64,000 nt of DNA from an uncultured Gemmatimonadales bacterium. Its GTDB lineage: Bacteria; Gemmatimonadota; Gemmatimonadetes; Gemmatimonadales; Gemmatimonadaceae. How positions within the stretch are numbered: position 1 is the stretch's first letter; every line of letters starts with the position of its first letter. Made by a program: the position numbers and the translations under genes. The stretch covers positions 448,001 to 512,000 of the forward strand of contig CAWKNZ010000002.1 of assembly GCA_963851265.1 (NCBI GenBank), read 5' to 3'. Under the pieces are notes generated by a model. It made no database searches and had not been told where the DNA came from. It saw nothing but the letters and a program-made list of their open reading frames with translations. This document shows positions 49,563 through 60,230 of this stretch, piece after piece.

Positions 49563-51866
49563 CTAACGCGCCGCCGCGACCGGCTTACGCGCGACCGCGT
49601 AGACCGGTACCAGGATCGCCAGCACGAAGATCCCGAACGCGACCCCGGGGTTCGTCGCCACCGCGCCGAGCCGCGATTCCATGTCGATCCCCCCGGCCAC
49701 GTCGTACGCCGCGAGCGCCGCGAGCGCGATCCCCGTGATCGCCCCGCCCGCGATGAGCCCCGACGAGATCAGCACCCCGGGCCCGCTCTCCGACTCCGCG
49801 TCCGAGGCCGCGCCGAGCCCCGCCGCCGCCCGCCGCCGCGCGACGACCCGCTCGGCCGCCCAGCGCACCACCCCTCCGGCAAAGATCCCCGCCGACGTCG
49901 AGATCGGCAGGTACAGCCCCACCGACACCGGCAGCGACGACACGCCGATGATCTCGAGCGCGACGGCGAAGAACGCGCCCACGAGGATCAACCCCCACGA
50001 CAGCTTCTGCGTGAGGATCCCGTCGACCACGAGCCGCATGATCTGCGCCTTCGGCGAGTCGAGCTTCTTCACGTGCCGCCCGGTCGTGGTCGTCTCCTCG
50101 GTGCCGCCGATCCCCGGGTCGACGAGGTACGTGATCGCCCCCGACCCGTCCACGAGGTAGCGCCCCGCCGGCGCCGCGCCGGTCTGCTCGTACAGGTGTG
50201 CCAGGCGGAGGGGCCCGTCGGGCGACGCGACTAGCCGGTCACCGGCCAGCTGGTACCGCGCGGGCTCCACGTCGCGCACCGCCACGCCCGCGTACGTCCT
50301 CGGCGCGTACGTCGTGTACGCGCGGTCGAGCGCCTGGATCGTGAAGCCGATCAGCAACGCGCTCGTCGTCACGCCGAACAGCAGCCCCACCTGCTGCCGC
50401 GCCGGGGTGGCACCGACGAGGTAGCCCGTCTTGAGGTCCTGCGACGTCGCCCCGGCCACCGCAGCCGCCACGCACACCACGCCGCCGATCGACAGCGCGA
50501 GCACGCGGTGCTCGATCCCCGTCCACCCCACCGCGAGGAAGATCAACGCGGTGAGCAGCACGGTCGCCACCGTCATCCCCGAGATCGGGTTGGACGACGA
50601 CCCGATCTGCCCCGTGATGCGGCTCGACACCGTGACGAACAGGAAGGCGAAGAACAGCGCGAGCAGCGCGCCGCCGACGTTGATCCCGATCTGCGGCAGG
50701 AGCACCATCGCCGCGACCAGCACCAGCGACCCCACGCCGACGAGCGCGAACGGCAGGTCGCGCCCGCGCCGGCCGCCCGACGCCGCCGAGCCGATCCCGG
50801 CCCCGTTCGCCGCCCCGTTCGCCGCGGTCCGGGCCGCCGCGCCCGCGCGTGGCGCTCGCCGCACCCCGCCCACGAGCGCGGCCGCGATCGTCGGCAGCGA
50901 CCGGCCTAACGAGATGAGCCCCGCCATCGTGACCGCGCCCGCGCCGACGTAGTACACGTAGTTCGCGCGCACGTCCATGGCCGACATGGCCGAGATGAGC
51001 TTGGTCGCCGGCGCCACGGGCGTCGTGAGGCCCGCGCCGAAGTACTTGATCGCGGGGATCAGCACGAAGAACGACGTCAGCCCGCCGCCGAAGAGGTAGC
51101 CCGCGATCTTCGGCCCGATGATGAACCCCACGCCCGCGAGCTCCGGGCTCACCTCGCACTGGATCTCGCCGAACAGCTCCGGGCGTCCGTTAGGCACGGC
51201 CCGCTGGAACGTCTGCTTCGGCACCTCCGCCCACAGGTGTGCGCCCGAGTTGAGGAACTTGTAGACCGCGCCGAGGAAGAAGCCGCCGAACACGGTCTTC
51301 GCCTGCGTGCCGCCCTCCTCGCCCGCGATCAGCACCTCCGCGCACGCGGTGCCCTCGGGGTACTTCAGGTTCTCGTGCTCGTCGACGATCAGCGACTTGC
51401 GCAGCGGGATCATCAGCAACACGCCGAGCAGGCCGCCGACGAGCGCGATCGCGGCCACCTTCGTCCACGGCAGCGAGTAGCCCAGCAGCAGCAGGGCGGG
51501 GAGCGTGAACACCGTCCCCGCCGCGATCGACTCGCCCGCCGAGCCCGTCGTCTGCACGATGTTGTTGCGCAGGATCGACGAGCGCCCGCCGGTGAGGTTG
51601 GTCACCCAGCGGAAGATCGTGATCGACAGCACCGCGATCGGGATCGACGCGCTCACGGTGAGGCCGATCTTGAGCGCGAGGTACACACTCGACGCGGCGA
51701 ACACGAGCCCGAGCACGACCCCGATCAGGATCGCCGGCGCCGTGAGTTCGGGCAGGTCGGTGTGGTCGGGAACGTAGGGCGCGAACTCGACCGAGTCGCC
51801 GGCCAGCGGAACGCGGTCGGCGCTCGGCGCGACGGCCGGCTGCTCGGGGATGGTGACGGTGGCCAT
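49563..51866 (-). CDS. OPT-family oligopeptide transporter
   Basis: YLALKIGLTVSASIP, NNIVQT, YPEGTACAEVL, SNPISG, SQDLKTG. Confidence 0.93.
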   Translation of the reverse strand: MATVTIPEQPAVAPSADRVPLAGDSVEFAPYVPDHTDLPELTAPAILIGVVLGLVFAASSVYLALKIGLTVSASIPIAVLSITIFRWVTNLTGGRSSILRNNIVQTTGSAGESIAAGTVFTLPALLLLGYSLPWTKVAAIALVGGLLGVLLMIPLRKSLIVDEHENLKYPEGTACAEVLIAGEEGGTQAKTVFGGFFLGAVYKFLNSGAHLWAEVPKQTFQRAVPNGRPELFGEIQCEVSPELAGVGFIIGPKIAGYLFGGGLTSFFVLIPAIKYFGAGLTTPVAPATKLISAMSAMDVRANYVYYVGAGAVTMAGLISLGRSLPTIAAALVGGVRRAPRAGAAARTAANGAANGAGIGSAASGGRRGRDLPFALVGVGSLVLVAAMVLLPQIGINVGGALLALFFAFLFVTVSSRITGQIGSSSNPISGMTVATVLLTALIFLAVGWTGIEHRVLALSIGGVVCVAAAVAGATSQDLKTGYLVGATPARQQVGLLFGVTTSALLIGFTIQALDRAYTTYAPRTYAGVAVRDVEPARYQLAGDRLVASPDGPLRLAHLYEQTGAAPAGRYLVDGSGAITYLVDPGIGGTEETTTTGRHVKKLDSPKAQIMRLVVDGILTQKLSWGLILVGAFFAVALEIIGVSSLPVSVGLYLPISTSAGIFAGGVVRWAAERVVARRRAAAGLGAASDAESESGPGVLISSGLIAGGAITGIALAALAAYDVAGGIDMESRLGAVATNPGVAFGIFVLAILVPVYAVARKPVAAAR

Positions 51867-51973
51867 GCCGCCCAATATGCGTTCCGGCCCGGTCAAACAG
51901 ACAGCGCGTACGCCGGCGTCTGCCAGCTTGGTGCCCCGTGCGCACCGCGGTATGCCGAGGTTGCACACTCGGA

Positions 51974-51990
51974 CGGGCACCCGCGTTGCC
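51974..51990 (+). promoter_or_regulatory. Candidate sigma-54 promoter for hsp20
   Basis: cgGGCACccgcgTTGCc: GG-N10-GC spacing about 100 bp upstream of the ATG. Confidence 0.45.
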
Positions 51991-52092
51991 CTCGTCAGGA
52001 CCGCCGCGGCACACGGGGTCGGCCGCGGAACGCAGGTCGACGTCGACCCCACCACCACCTCTCACGCAACGTTATTCGCGAGGACCTGTTCG

Positions 52093-52638
52093 ATGGCTTA
52101 CCGCAGCGGATTCCCCCTTGGCCCGGTCGGCGTTCCCGGCATCTTCGGCCTCCGTCGCGAGATCGACCGCCTGTTCGAGGACGCGTTCAGCACGCAGGAC
52201 GGCAACGGCCGTGGCACGACGCCGAGCTTCACCCCGGCGGCCGACGCGCGTGAGGACGCGCGCGAGATCACGCTTCACATGGACCTTCCCGGCGTTCGCC
52301 CCGCGGACGTCGACATCTCGGTCGAGAACGGGCTGCTCACCGTGCGCGGTCAGCGCAACCAGCACCGCAAGGAAGGGCAGGACGGCCGGTTCCACTTCGT
52401 CGAGCGCAGCTACGGCAGCTTCTCGCGCGGCTTCCAGCTCCCGCAGGGTGTCGACGAGTCGCAGATCCGCGCCGATTTCGAGCACGGCGAATTGATCATC
52501 CACGTGCCGAAGCCCGCGCTCCCGCAGCCGCGCAAGGTGCAGATCGGCGTCGGCGGCGTGACAAGCACGAACGCGGAGCCGGCCGCTGCTGCGGCCACCC
52601 CCGCCGCCGAGACCACGAGCCACGCCGCGTCGCACTGA
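52093..52638 (+). CDS. Hsp20/alpha-crystallin small heat shock protein
   Basis: IDRLFE, DLPGV, LTVRG, ERSYGSFSR, A...GELIIHVPK. Confidence 0.93.
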   Translation: MAYRSGFPLGPVGVPGIFGLRREIDRLFEDAFSTQDGNGRGTTPSFTPAADAREDAREITLHMDLPGVRPADVDISVENGLLTVRGQRNQHRKEGQDGRFHFVERSYGSFSRGFQLPQGVDESQIRADFEHGELIIHVPKPALPQPRKVQIGVGGVTSTNAEPAAAAATPAAETTSHAASH

Positions 52639-52665
52639 CGTCCGGCGATCGAGAGCGAGGGTGAC

Positions 52666-52706
52666 GGGCCCGGGGCCGCGTGCCATGCGGCCCCGGGCTC
52701 TTGCTT
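52666..52706 (+). terminator. Intrinsic terminator after hsp20
   Basis: GGGCCCGGGGCCGCG-tgcca-TGCGGCCCCGGGCTC followed by TTGCTT. Confidence 0.7.
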
Positions 52707-52948
52707 GTCGAGCCAACGCTTGTCGAGCCAGCGCCCCCCCGGCGCACGCCCCGTCGCTGGCGGGCCTCGCCCAACGCGGCGGCGCGCCGTCACCGTGGTG
52801 GAGCCGATGCGCTACAGACGGATCGCGGGTGCTCGGAAGCGGAAGATGGTAAAGAAAACTTTGTGCGGCGTGTGACGCGTGCCACGTGAGTGCGCGTTAG
52901 CGTCACGCGGTCCTTTGTTGTTGCCGCAGTCGTCCCCAATCGTCCGCC

Positions 52949-54121
52949 ATGTCCTCGTGTAACTCCCGCTCGCGACGCGCGTTTCCGCGCGCCGTCCCCG
53001 CCATCACGTTCGGTCTCGTCGCGGCCCTGACCAGCGTGTGCACCCGAGCTGCCGTCGCGCAGTCCACCGCCGGTCTGATCGGCGAGAAGGTGCCCACCAT
53101 GCTGCGCACCGACTCACCTGGGGGGACGTACAGTCCCACCGACCCGTCCCTGCGGTTCTTCTACGGTGCGACGATGGACGGAGTCAACCTCGACGGCGTC
53201 GCGCGCGTCGAGACGCCGGACGTGACGCCGGGGTACACCGACTACTGCACTGGCACCCGCATCAGCGCGCGCGCCGTACTCACGGCCGCGCATTGCGTCA
53301 CCGACGAGTACACCGGCGCGCTCACCGTCTCGCGTACCAGTCCGACGACCGCCCGCTTCGTCGGGCCGGGTGCTGGCGGCGTGGGAAGCGCCTTCTACAG
53401 CTTCACGACGTCGACGGTGTTCGTCCAGTCGTCCTGGCACGGCTTCTACAACGCCAACACGTCGCTCTCGCAGGACGTCGCCGTGCTGCTGTTCGATGCG
53501 CCGCTGCCGGCCTTCGTGACCACCTACGGACTGTTCGACAACGGCGTCCTCGGTAGCCAGACCGCGACTGGCCTGAACACGGTGAACGCCGGCTACGGCA
53601 CGTTCGGTAGCGGGACCGGGACGACCGGATTCGACGGGCGCCGCCGCGCCGGCGACAACGTCGTCGATTTCGTCGGCAACGACCCGACCTCCAACGACTT
53701 CGGCGATCTCTACACGAGTTTCGAGGACTCCAACAACAACTACAACTCGGTGTGCGGGCTCGCCGCGCTCGGCGAGTTCCCGTCCTTCGCCTGTCACGCG
53801 TCCCGTGGCACGACCGAAGCCGGCACCGCCCCGGGCGACTCGGGTGGCCCGCTGTTCATCAACGGCCTGCTCGCCGGTGTCACGTCGTTCGGCACGTACT
53901 TCTGCGATCCCGCGGTCACGACCACCTGCGCGCCCTACATGAGTGGCGACCCCACCCGGGCGACGAACGCCTACGGGTCGCTCAACGGCTTCGCGCCCGT
54001 CTCGCCGAACGCGGCCTTCATCGCCTACGCGATCTCCACCCCCGAGCCGACCACGGTCGCCCTCATGGGCGCTGGCGTGCTCGGCGTCGCCGCCGCGGCC
54101 CGCCGCCGACGCCAGAGCTGA
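52949..54121 (+). CDS. Trypsin-like serine protease with PEP-CTERM anchor
   Basis: CTG..TAAHC, DVAVL, GDSGGP; C-terminal TPEPTT-TM-RRRR. Confidence 0.9.
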   Translation: MSSCNSRSRRAFPRAVPAITFGLVAALTSVCTRAAVAQSTAGLIGEKVPTMLRTDSPGGTYSPTDPSLRFFYGATMDGVNLDGVARVETPDVTPGYTDYCTGTRISARAVLTAAHCVTDEYTGALTVSRTSPTTARFVGPGAGGVGSAFYSFTTSTVFVQSSWHGFYNANTSLSQDVAVLLFDAPLPAFVTTYGLFDNGVLGSQTATGLNTVNAGYGTFGSGTGTTGFDGRRRAGDNVVDFVGNDPTSNDFGDLYTSFEDSNNNYNSVCGLAALGEFPSFACHASRGTTEAGTAPGDSGGPLFINGLLAGVTSFGTYFCDPAVTTTCAPYMSGDPTRATNAYGSLNGFAPVSPNAAFIAYAISTPEPTTVALMGAGVLGVAAAARRRRQS

Positions 54122-54160
54122 CCCGTCTGCCGTCGTCCCCACGACGGCTGCGGACCCTGC

Positions 54161-54207
54161 ACGGCACGCGCGCCGGCAACCCAAGAGGTTGCCGGCGCGC
54201 GTGCCGT
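54161..54207. terminator. Perfect 21-bp stem hairpin between convergent genes
   Basis: ACGGCACGCGCGCCGGCAACC-caaga-GGTTGCCGGCGCGCGTGCCGT. Confidence 0.7.
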
Positions 54208-54242
54208 ACGGGATCCGACGTCGCGACGCTGCGCGCCCGACG

Positions 54243-55295
54243 TCAGCCTCGCCGCGTGCGCCCCCGAGCGGCGAGCCCGAACGCCGCGGCCGCCCCGACC
54301 GCCGCGGCCAGCAGGACCGCCGCGCCGCCACGCGGCGCACGTCCCGCGGCGTCCGTGTACGCGCTGTGCTCGAGCACCGGCCCGTCGTACCGACCACGCT
54401 CCGCACCCGCGTGCTGCGGCTCGTGCACCGGCGCGTCGAGATTGCCTCGCGCATGCTCCGGCGCCTCGTCGCTCTCCTGCGCGTCGAACATCACGCGCTC
54501 CATCACCTCGTCCGTGAGGCCGGGCGCCCACTCCTCCGTCGCTCCGATCGCCACCGCCGCCCCGCCCGCGTACAACTCGCGCGTCGGACGCGTCGCGCAG
54601 GTCAGGATCGCGCGCGCCGGCACCTCGGGCGCGTAGAGCGGCGGCACCGGCCGCGGTCTCCGCCGCATGTAGCTCCTTGCCCTGTCGTAGAACGGCGTGT
54701 CGATGCTCGCCGGCTTCACGAGCGACACCGAGATCGGCGCCCCACGGTGTGCCAGTTCCATCCGTAACGCGTCCGTGAACGCCTTCACGGCGTGCTTCGT
54801 CGCGCAGTACATCCCCTGCAGTGGGATCGCCCGCTCCGAGAGCACGCTCCCGACGTTCACGAGCGCCGCGCCGCCCGACGCCCGCCCGTTCGCCTCGAGC
54901 AACGGCAGTGCGGCGCGCGACCCGTGCACCACGCCCCAGAAGTTCACGTCCATCAGTCGCCGCAGGTCTGCGAGCGAGATTTCCTCGAGCGTCCCGTAGA
55001 TGCTGGTCCCGGCGTTGTTCACCCAGGTGTCGACGCCGCCGAACGCGTCGCGCGCCACCCGCGCCAGCCGCGCGACGTCGACCTCGTCGCTCACGTCGCA
55101 GACCACCGCCTCGGCTTCGCCGCCCGCCCGCACCACGGCGTCCGCCGCGGCGTCGAGCGCCTCGCTGTCGCGCGCCGCGAGCACGACTCGCGCCCCCGCC
55201 TCGCCGGCCAATCGCGCCGCCACGCGCCCGATCCCGCTCGACGCGCCCGTGATGACGAACACCTGCTCAGCGAGCGGCCTGAGTGTCAGACGCAT
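54243..55295 (-). CDS. SDR family oxidoreductase
   Basis: TGASSGIG, NNAG, YCATK. Confidence 0.92.
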   Translation of the reverse strand: MRLTLRPLAEQVFVITGASSGIGRVAARLAGEAGARVVLAARDSEALDAAADAVVRAGGEAEAVVCDVSDEVDVARLARVARDAFGGVDTWVNNAGTSIYGTLEEISLADLRRLMDVNFWGVVHGSRAALPLLEANGRASGGAALVNVGSVLSERAIPLQGMYCATKHAVKAFTDALRMELAHRGAPISVSLVKPASIDTPFYDRARSYMRRRPRPVPPLYAPEVPARAILTCATRPTRELYAGGAAVAIGATEEWAPGLTDEVMERVMFDAQESDEAPEHARGNLDAPVHEPQHAGAERGRYDGPVLEHSAYTDAAGRAPRGGAAVLLAAAVGAAAAFGLAARGRTRRG

Positions 55296-55539
55296 AGGTC
55301 GGGTCGGTTCCTCGTCGATCGCATGGTCGAGGGCCGAATGAAGCGACACCGGCGGCGGTTCCCGAACCTGCCGCGTCGGCGCGGCGACCGCGAACGCCGT
55401 CGTGCCCGGTTCGCGACCGCGTGATGATGGGAGGCTCAGGCGTTCGAACTGTTGGCGGGCGTCGTCCGGAGCGGCCTGAGAATCGTGTACTCGCCGAGCA
55501 CTTCGCGGTGCATCGGAATGCCGGCCGTGTCGCCGTCGT

Positions 55540-56709
55540 CTACCGCAGCACCGTCTTCGCGATCGTCTGCAGCTGCATGTTCGACGTCCCTTCGTAGATC
55601 GTCCCGATTTTTGCGTCGCGGTAGAACTTCTCCACCGGGTACTCCTTCGTGTACCCGTACCCGCCGAACAGCTCGACGCACAGCGACGTCACGCGCTCCG
55701 CCACCTGCGACGAGTACAGCTTCGCCATCGCCCCCTCGTGCGCGATGTCGCGCCCCGCGTCCTTGAGCCGCGCCGCGTTGTAGACCATCAGCCGCGCCGC
55801 TTCCAGCTCCGTTGCGGCCTGTCCGACCTGGAACTGGATGCCCTGGAACTCCGCGAGCGACTTGCCGAACTGCTTGCGCTCCTTGAGGTACTTCGTCGCG
55901 GCCGCGAGCGCCCCGCCCGCCACGCCGATCATCTGCGCCCCGATCCCGATGCGCCCACCGTTGAGCGTGTCGATCGCGACCTTGTAGCCCTTCCCCGGCT
56001 GGCCGAGCACGTTCTCGTCCGGCACGAACACGTTGTCGAAGTGCAGCGAGGTCGTGCTCGACGCGCGGATCCCGAGCTTGTCCTCCCGCTTGCCGACCGA
56101 GAACCCCTCCATCGACTTCTCGACGAGGAACGCGGTGATGCCCTTGTAGCCGGCCCCGGGGTTCTCCGACGCGAACACGACGAAGACCTCCGCCTCCGCG
56201 CCGTTCGTGATCCACGCCTTGCTCCCCGTGAGGCGGTGCCCGCCCGGGACCTTGTCGGCCCTGGTCGCCAGCCCGAACGCGTCCGACCCCGACCCCGCCT
56301 CCGAGAGGGCGTACGCCCCGATCGCGTCACTCGTTAGGCGTGTCAGGTACTTCGCCTTCTGCGCCTCCGTGCCGTACGCCGCGATCGGGTACTCGACGAG
56401 CGTGTTCTGCACGTCCACCTGGATCGCCGCGCTGGCGTCCACCTTCGACAGCTCCTCGACGGCGAGCACGATCATCATCGCCGTGCCCCCCGCACCGCCG
56501 TACTGCTCCGGGACCTCGATCCCCATCAGCCCGAGCTCGAAGAAGTGCTTGGTCAGCGCGGGGTCGATCTGCTTGGCGGCCTCCATCTCCATCACGCGCG
56601 GCCGAACCTGCTCCTCGGCGAGGGCGGTCACGGCGTCGCGGAACAGGGTCTCTTCTTCCGAGAGGAGCGTGAGGGGCGGGCGGGCGATAGCGACTTCGGT
56701 ATCGGACAT
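55540..56709 (-). CDS. Acyl-CoA dehydrogenase (short/branched-chain type)
   Basis: ALSEAGSGSD, GSKAWITN, KLGIRAS, RKQFG, FGGYGY, IYEGTSNMQ. Confidence 0.95.
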   Translation of the reverse strand: MSDTEVAIARPPLTLLSEEETLFRDAVTALAEEQVRPRVMEMEAAKQIDPALTKHFFELGLMGIEVPEQYGGAGGTAMMIVLAVEELSKVDASAAIQVDVQNTLVEYPIAAYGTEAQKAKYLTRLTSDAIGAYALSEAGSGSDAFGLATRADKVPGGHRLTGSKAWITNGAEAEVFVVFASENPGAGYKGITAFLVEKSMEGFSVGKREDKLGIRASSTTSLHFDNVFVPDENVLGQPGKGYKVAIDTLNGGRIGIGAQMIGVAGGALAAATKYLKERKQFGKSLAEFQGIQFQVGQAATELEAARLMVYNAARLKDAGRDIAHEGAMAKLYSSQVAERVTSLCVELFGGYGYTKEYPVEKFYRDAKIGTIYEGTSNMQLQTIAKTVLR

Positions 56710-56957
56710 GGCGACGCGAAAGCGATGGTGCGAGATGGCGTGCGCGCGAGCGACGGAAGTGCCCACGCCAGCTCCAAGTTAGCTACCGGCTGCCTCGGGC
56801 GTTGTGCCGAACGTGCTACACACGGCCTACACACGGCAGCGCACGCTGTTGCGCCTTGACCCGTCTCGCCCGTCCGCCGAGCTTGGGGCGTCGGCCACCC
56901 GGGGGCGGCAGGCGGTGACGCGGCCCGGACACGTCGGTCTCACCCTCACCAGTTCTC

Positions 56958-58040
56958 GTGTCGACGATTCTCATCACCGGCGGCGCCGGCTTCATCGGTT
57001 CGGCCGTCGTGCGCCACTTGGTTCGACGCGGCGGGGCGCGGGTCGTCAACGTCGACAAGCTGACCTACGCCGGCAACCTCGATTCCCTCGCCGACGTCGC
57101 CGACGATCCGGGATACGCCTTCGAGCGCGTCGACATCTGTGATGCCGAGGCCGTCGCGCGCGTCTTCGACGCGCACCGGCCCGACGCCGTGCTCCACCTC
57201 GCCGCCGAGTCGCACGTCGACCGCAGCATCGACGGCCCTGGCGCCTTCGTCCAGACCAACGTCGTCGGCACCTACGTGCTGCTCCACGAGGCGCGCCGAT
57301 TCTGGGCGGCGCTCCCGCCCGACGCCGCGGCCCGGTTCCGATTCGTCCACGTCTCGACCGACGAGGTGTTCGGCTCGCTCGGCGCCGAGGGCTTCTTCGA
57401 CGAGGCCACGGCGTACCGCCCGAGCTCGCCATACTCGGCGAGCAAGGCCGCGAGCGACCACCTCGTCCGCGCGTGGCATCATACGTACGGCTTGCCGACC
57501 ATCGTCACCAACTGCTCGAACAACTACGGCCCGTACCAGTTCCCCGAAAAGCTCATTCCGCTCACAATTCTCAACGCGCTCGCCGGCCGTCCGCTCCCGG
57601 TCTACGGGCGCGGCGAGAACGTGCGGGACTGGCTCTACGTCGACGACCACGCCGCCGCCCTCGTCGCCGTCCTGGAGCGCGGCCGCCCCGGCGAGACCTA
57701 CGCGGTCGGCGGCCACAACGAGCGCCGCAACCTCGATGTCGTCGAGACCATCTGCGACCTTGTTGACGAGCTCGGACCGCCGCGTGACACCCCGCGGCGC
57801 GATCTCATCAGGTTCGTCTCGGACCGCCCGGGCCACGACCTGCGTTACGCGATCGACGCCTCGCACATCGCGCGCGAACTCGGCTGGAACCCGCGTGAGA
57901 CGTTCGAGACCGGCCTCCGGAAGACCGTCCGGTGGTACGTGGATCACGAGTGGTGGTGGAGCCGCGTCCAGTCCGGTGGGTACCGCGGCGAGCGCTTGGG
58001 CCTCGCGCCGGCACCCGCGGCCGCCGCGGCCGCGTCCTGA
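56958..58040 (+). CDS. rfbB: dTDP-glucose 4,6-dehydratase
   Basis: [42 protein letters not shown]. Confidence 0.96.
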   Translation: MSTILITGGAGFIGSAVVRHLVRRGGARVVNVDKLTYAGNLDSLADVADDPGYAFERVDICDAEAVARVFDAHRPDAVLHLAAESHVDRSIDGPGAFVQTNVVGTYVLLHEARRFWAALPPDAAARFRFVHVSTDEVFGSLGAEGFFDEATAYRPSSPYSASKAASDHLVRAWHHTYGLPTIVTNCSNNYGPYQFPEKLIPLTILNALAGRPLPVYGRGENVRDWLYVDDHAAALVAVLERGRPGETYAVGGHNERRNLDVVETICDLVDELGPPRDTPRRDLIRFVSDRPGHDLRYAIDASHIARELGWNPRETFETGLRKTVRWYVDHEWWWSRVQSGGYRGERLGLAPAPAAAAAAS

Positions 58041-58064
58041 CCGTGCGATGCAGGTGAGACCCAC

Positions 58065-58967
58065 ATGAAGGGCATCGTCCTCGCCGGCGGATCCGGCACG
58101 CGCCTGTACCCGCTCACGCTCGCCGTGAGCAAGCAGCTGCTGCCGGTTTACAACAAGCCGATGATTTACTACCCGCTCACGACGCTGATGCTCGCCGGCA
58201 TCCGCGACGTGCTGCTCATCTCCACGCCGCACGACCTCCCGCTCTTCGAGCGCCTGCTCGGCGACGGTGCCGCATGGGGGATGTCGATCCGCTACGCCGC
58301 ACAGGCGGTGCCTAACGGCCTCGCGCAGGCGTTCGTGATCGGGCGCGACTTCGTCGGGAACGATCGCGCCGCGCTCGTCCTCGGCGACAACATCTTCTAC
58401 GGCGTCGGCCTCCGCGCTTTCCTCCGCCGCGCTGCCGCGCGCGCCGACGGCGCCACGATCTTCGGCTACACCGTCCGCGACCCCGAACGCTACGGAATCG
58501 TCGAGATCGACAGCGCGGGACGCGCCCTCAGCATCGAAGAAAAGCCCGCCCGCCCGAAGTCCAGCAGCGCGGTGACCGGGCTCTACTTCTACGACAACGA
58601 CGTGCTCGACATCGCGCGCGACCTCGCGCCGAGCGCGCGCGGCGAGTACGAGATCACCGACGTCAACCGCGTCTACCTCGACCGCGACCGCCTGCACGTC
58701 GAGCGCTTCGGGCGCGGCATGGCGTGGTTCGACACCGGGACGCACGAGTCGTTGCTCGGCGCCGCGATGTTCATCGAGGCCATCGAGAACCGTCAGGGGT
58801 TGCTCGTCGCGAGCCCCGAGGAGGTCGCGTTCCGCGAGGGCTTCATCGGGCGCGACCAGCTCGCGCGCGTTGCCGCGTCGCTCGGGAAGTCGTCGTACGG
58901 CGCCTATCTGGCCCACCTCGTCGACGACTCGACGGCACACGACTCTCCACACGACGGTCACGCGTGA
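58065..58967 (+). CDS. rfbA: Glucose-1-phosphate thymidylyltransferase
   Basis: [42 protein letters not shown]. Confidence 0.96.
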   Translation: MKGIVLAGGSGTRLYPLTLAVSKQLLPVYNKPMIYYPLTTLMLAGIRDVLLISTPHDLPLFERLLGDGAAWGMSIRYAAQAVPNGLAQAFVIGRDFVGNDRAALVLGDNIFYGVGLRAFLRRAAARADGATIFGYTVRDPERYGIVEIDSAGRALSIEEKPARPKSSSAVTGLYFYDNDVLDIARDLAPSARGEYEITDVNRVYLDRDRLHVERFGRGMAWFDTGTHESLLGAAMFIEAIENRQGLLVASPEEVAFREGFIGRDQLARVAASLGKSSYGAYLAHLVDDSTAHDSPHDGHA

Positions 58968-59404
58968 CCACGCCGCAGCGAGCACTCCCCGCGCCGAGCA
59001 TCCGCCGCCTCGATCGGCCCGCCGTGCGCTTCGCGATCGCCGGCGTGTTCAACACCGCGCTCGGGTTCGTCCTCTTCCGCGGCCTGCTCCGCGCGTTCGG
59101 AGACCGCCCGACGATGGCCTGGGTCGCGCAATCGCTGGCGTACGGCATCTGCGTCTCGCTGAGCTACGCGATCAACAGCACGTGGACCTTCCGCAGCGGG
59201 GGCGCACACGGGCGGCAGCTTCCCCGCTTCCTCGCGGCCCACGGCGGCTCGCTCGTCCTCTCGAGCACGCTCATCCAGACCGGCGTGACCACGCTCGCGC
59301 TCCCGTTCTCGTTCTGCTGGCTGTTGGTCACCGGTGTCACCACGGTGACCAACTTCGTACTGCAGCGATTCTGGGTCTTCCCGCACCGGCCGCCGGCGGC
59401 GTGA
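58964..59404 (+). CDS. GtrA family flippase-like protein
   Basis: [24 protein letters not shown]; four TMs; GTGA overlap. Confidence 0.88.
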   Translation: MTTPQRALPAPSIRRLDRPAVRFAIAGVFNTALGFVLFRGLLRAFGDRPTMAWVAQSLAYGICVSLSYAINSTWTFRSGGAHGRQLPRFLAAHGGSLVLSSTLIQTGVTTLALPFSFCWLLVTGVTTVTNFVLQRFWVFPHRPPAA

Positions 59405-59426
59405 CCGTCGCCGGCGCGATCGCCCC

Positions 59427-60230
59427 TCACCCCGCGCGCGCCGCCGTGACCGTGTAGCCCAGGCAGTCGGCACCGCCACGCCCGCGCAGCGACAGATTGC
59501 CGACTCCCGCGAGCGCGAGCAGCATCGGCGAGAGACACACGCCCAACGCGCGTTGCGCGAGGGCGACGACTCCGCCCGACGTGGGCGCGAGCAGCGGAAG
59601 GATCAACGCCATCGCCTTGTAGCACGCCACCGTCACCGCGTTCCCGCGCGCGTACACCGCGACGTGGTCGAATCCACTGTCCCGCAGCAGCAGGTCGAGG
59701 CTGCTCGGTGTGTACCGCCAGTAATCGTGCGGGATGAAGTGCCAGCGCGCCGCGAACGGCACGGTCAGAAGTAACCGCCCGCCCGGCCGCACCACGCGCG
59801 CGGCTTCCGCGAGAAACGGTGCGGGCTCGCGCACGTGCTCCAGCGTCTCGGTACAAAGGACCAGGTCCGCCGAGGCGTCGGCCACCGGCCACCGGTCACC
59901 CGAGTAGTAGATCGCGTCCGGCACGCGATAGCCGAACTGCTGGTCCGCCTGCTCGATGTCGATCCCGAGATAGCGGTTGCCCGGGCCGACGAGCGAGCGA
60001 AAGGGTTGCGCGCCGCATCCGACGTCGAGCACCGCCCCGTAAGGCGGCGCGAGCTCCGCCGACAGGTCCTGCCAGATCGACCCGAACTGCAGGTCGAGGA
60101 AGCGGCGCGCCACGAACGTGATGCGGCCGAACGCGGTCGTCGGCGGCGCGAGGTGCGGCGGGCGCCAGCGCTCGGCCGCACGCACGACCATGTTCTCGCG
60201 CCGCCGCAACCACCCCGCCCCCGCGGTCAT
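59427..60230 (-). CDS. Class I SAM-dependent methyltransferase
   Basis: VLDVGCG, LEHV, VRPGG, H..P.DYWRYT. Confidence 0.88.
   Translation of the reverse strand: MTAGAGWLRRRENMVVRAAERWRPPHLAPPTTAFGRITFVARRFLDLQFGSIWQDLSAELAPPYGAVLDVGCGAQPFRSLVGPGNRYLGIDIEQADQQFGYRVPDAIYYSGDRWPVADASADLVLCTETLEHVREPAPFLAEAARVVRPGGRLLLTVPFAARWHFIPHDYWRYTPSSLDLLLRDSGFDHVAVYARGNAVTVACYKAMALILPLLAPTSGGVVALAQRALGVCLSPMLLALAGVGNLSLRGRGGADCLGYTVTAARAG

Noticed and set aside
52871..52886. CRP/FNR-like site TGTGA-N6-CCACG
   Set aside because: Second half-site is poor; insufficient support
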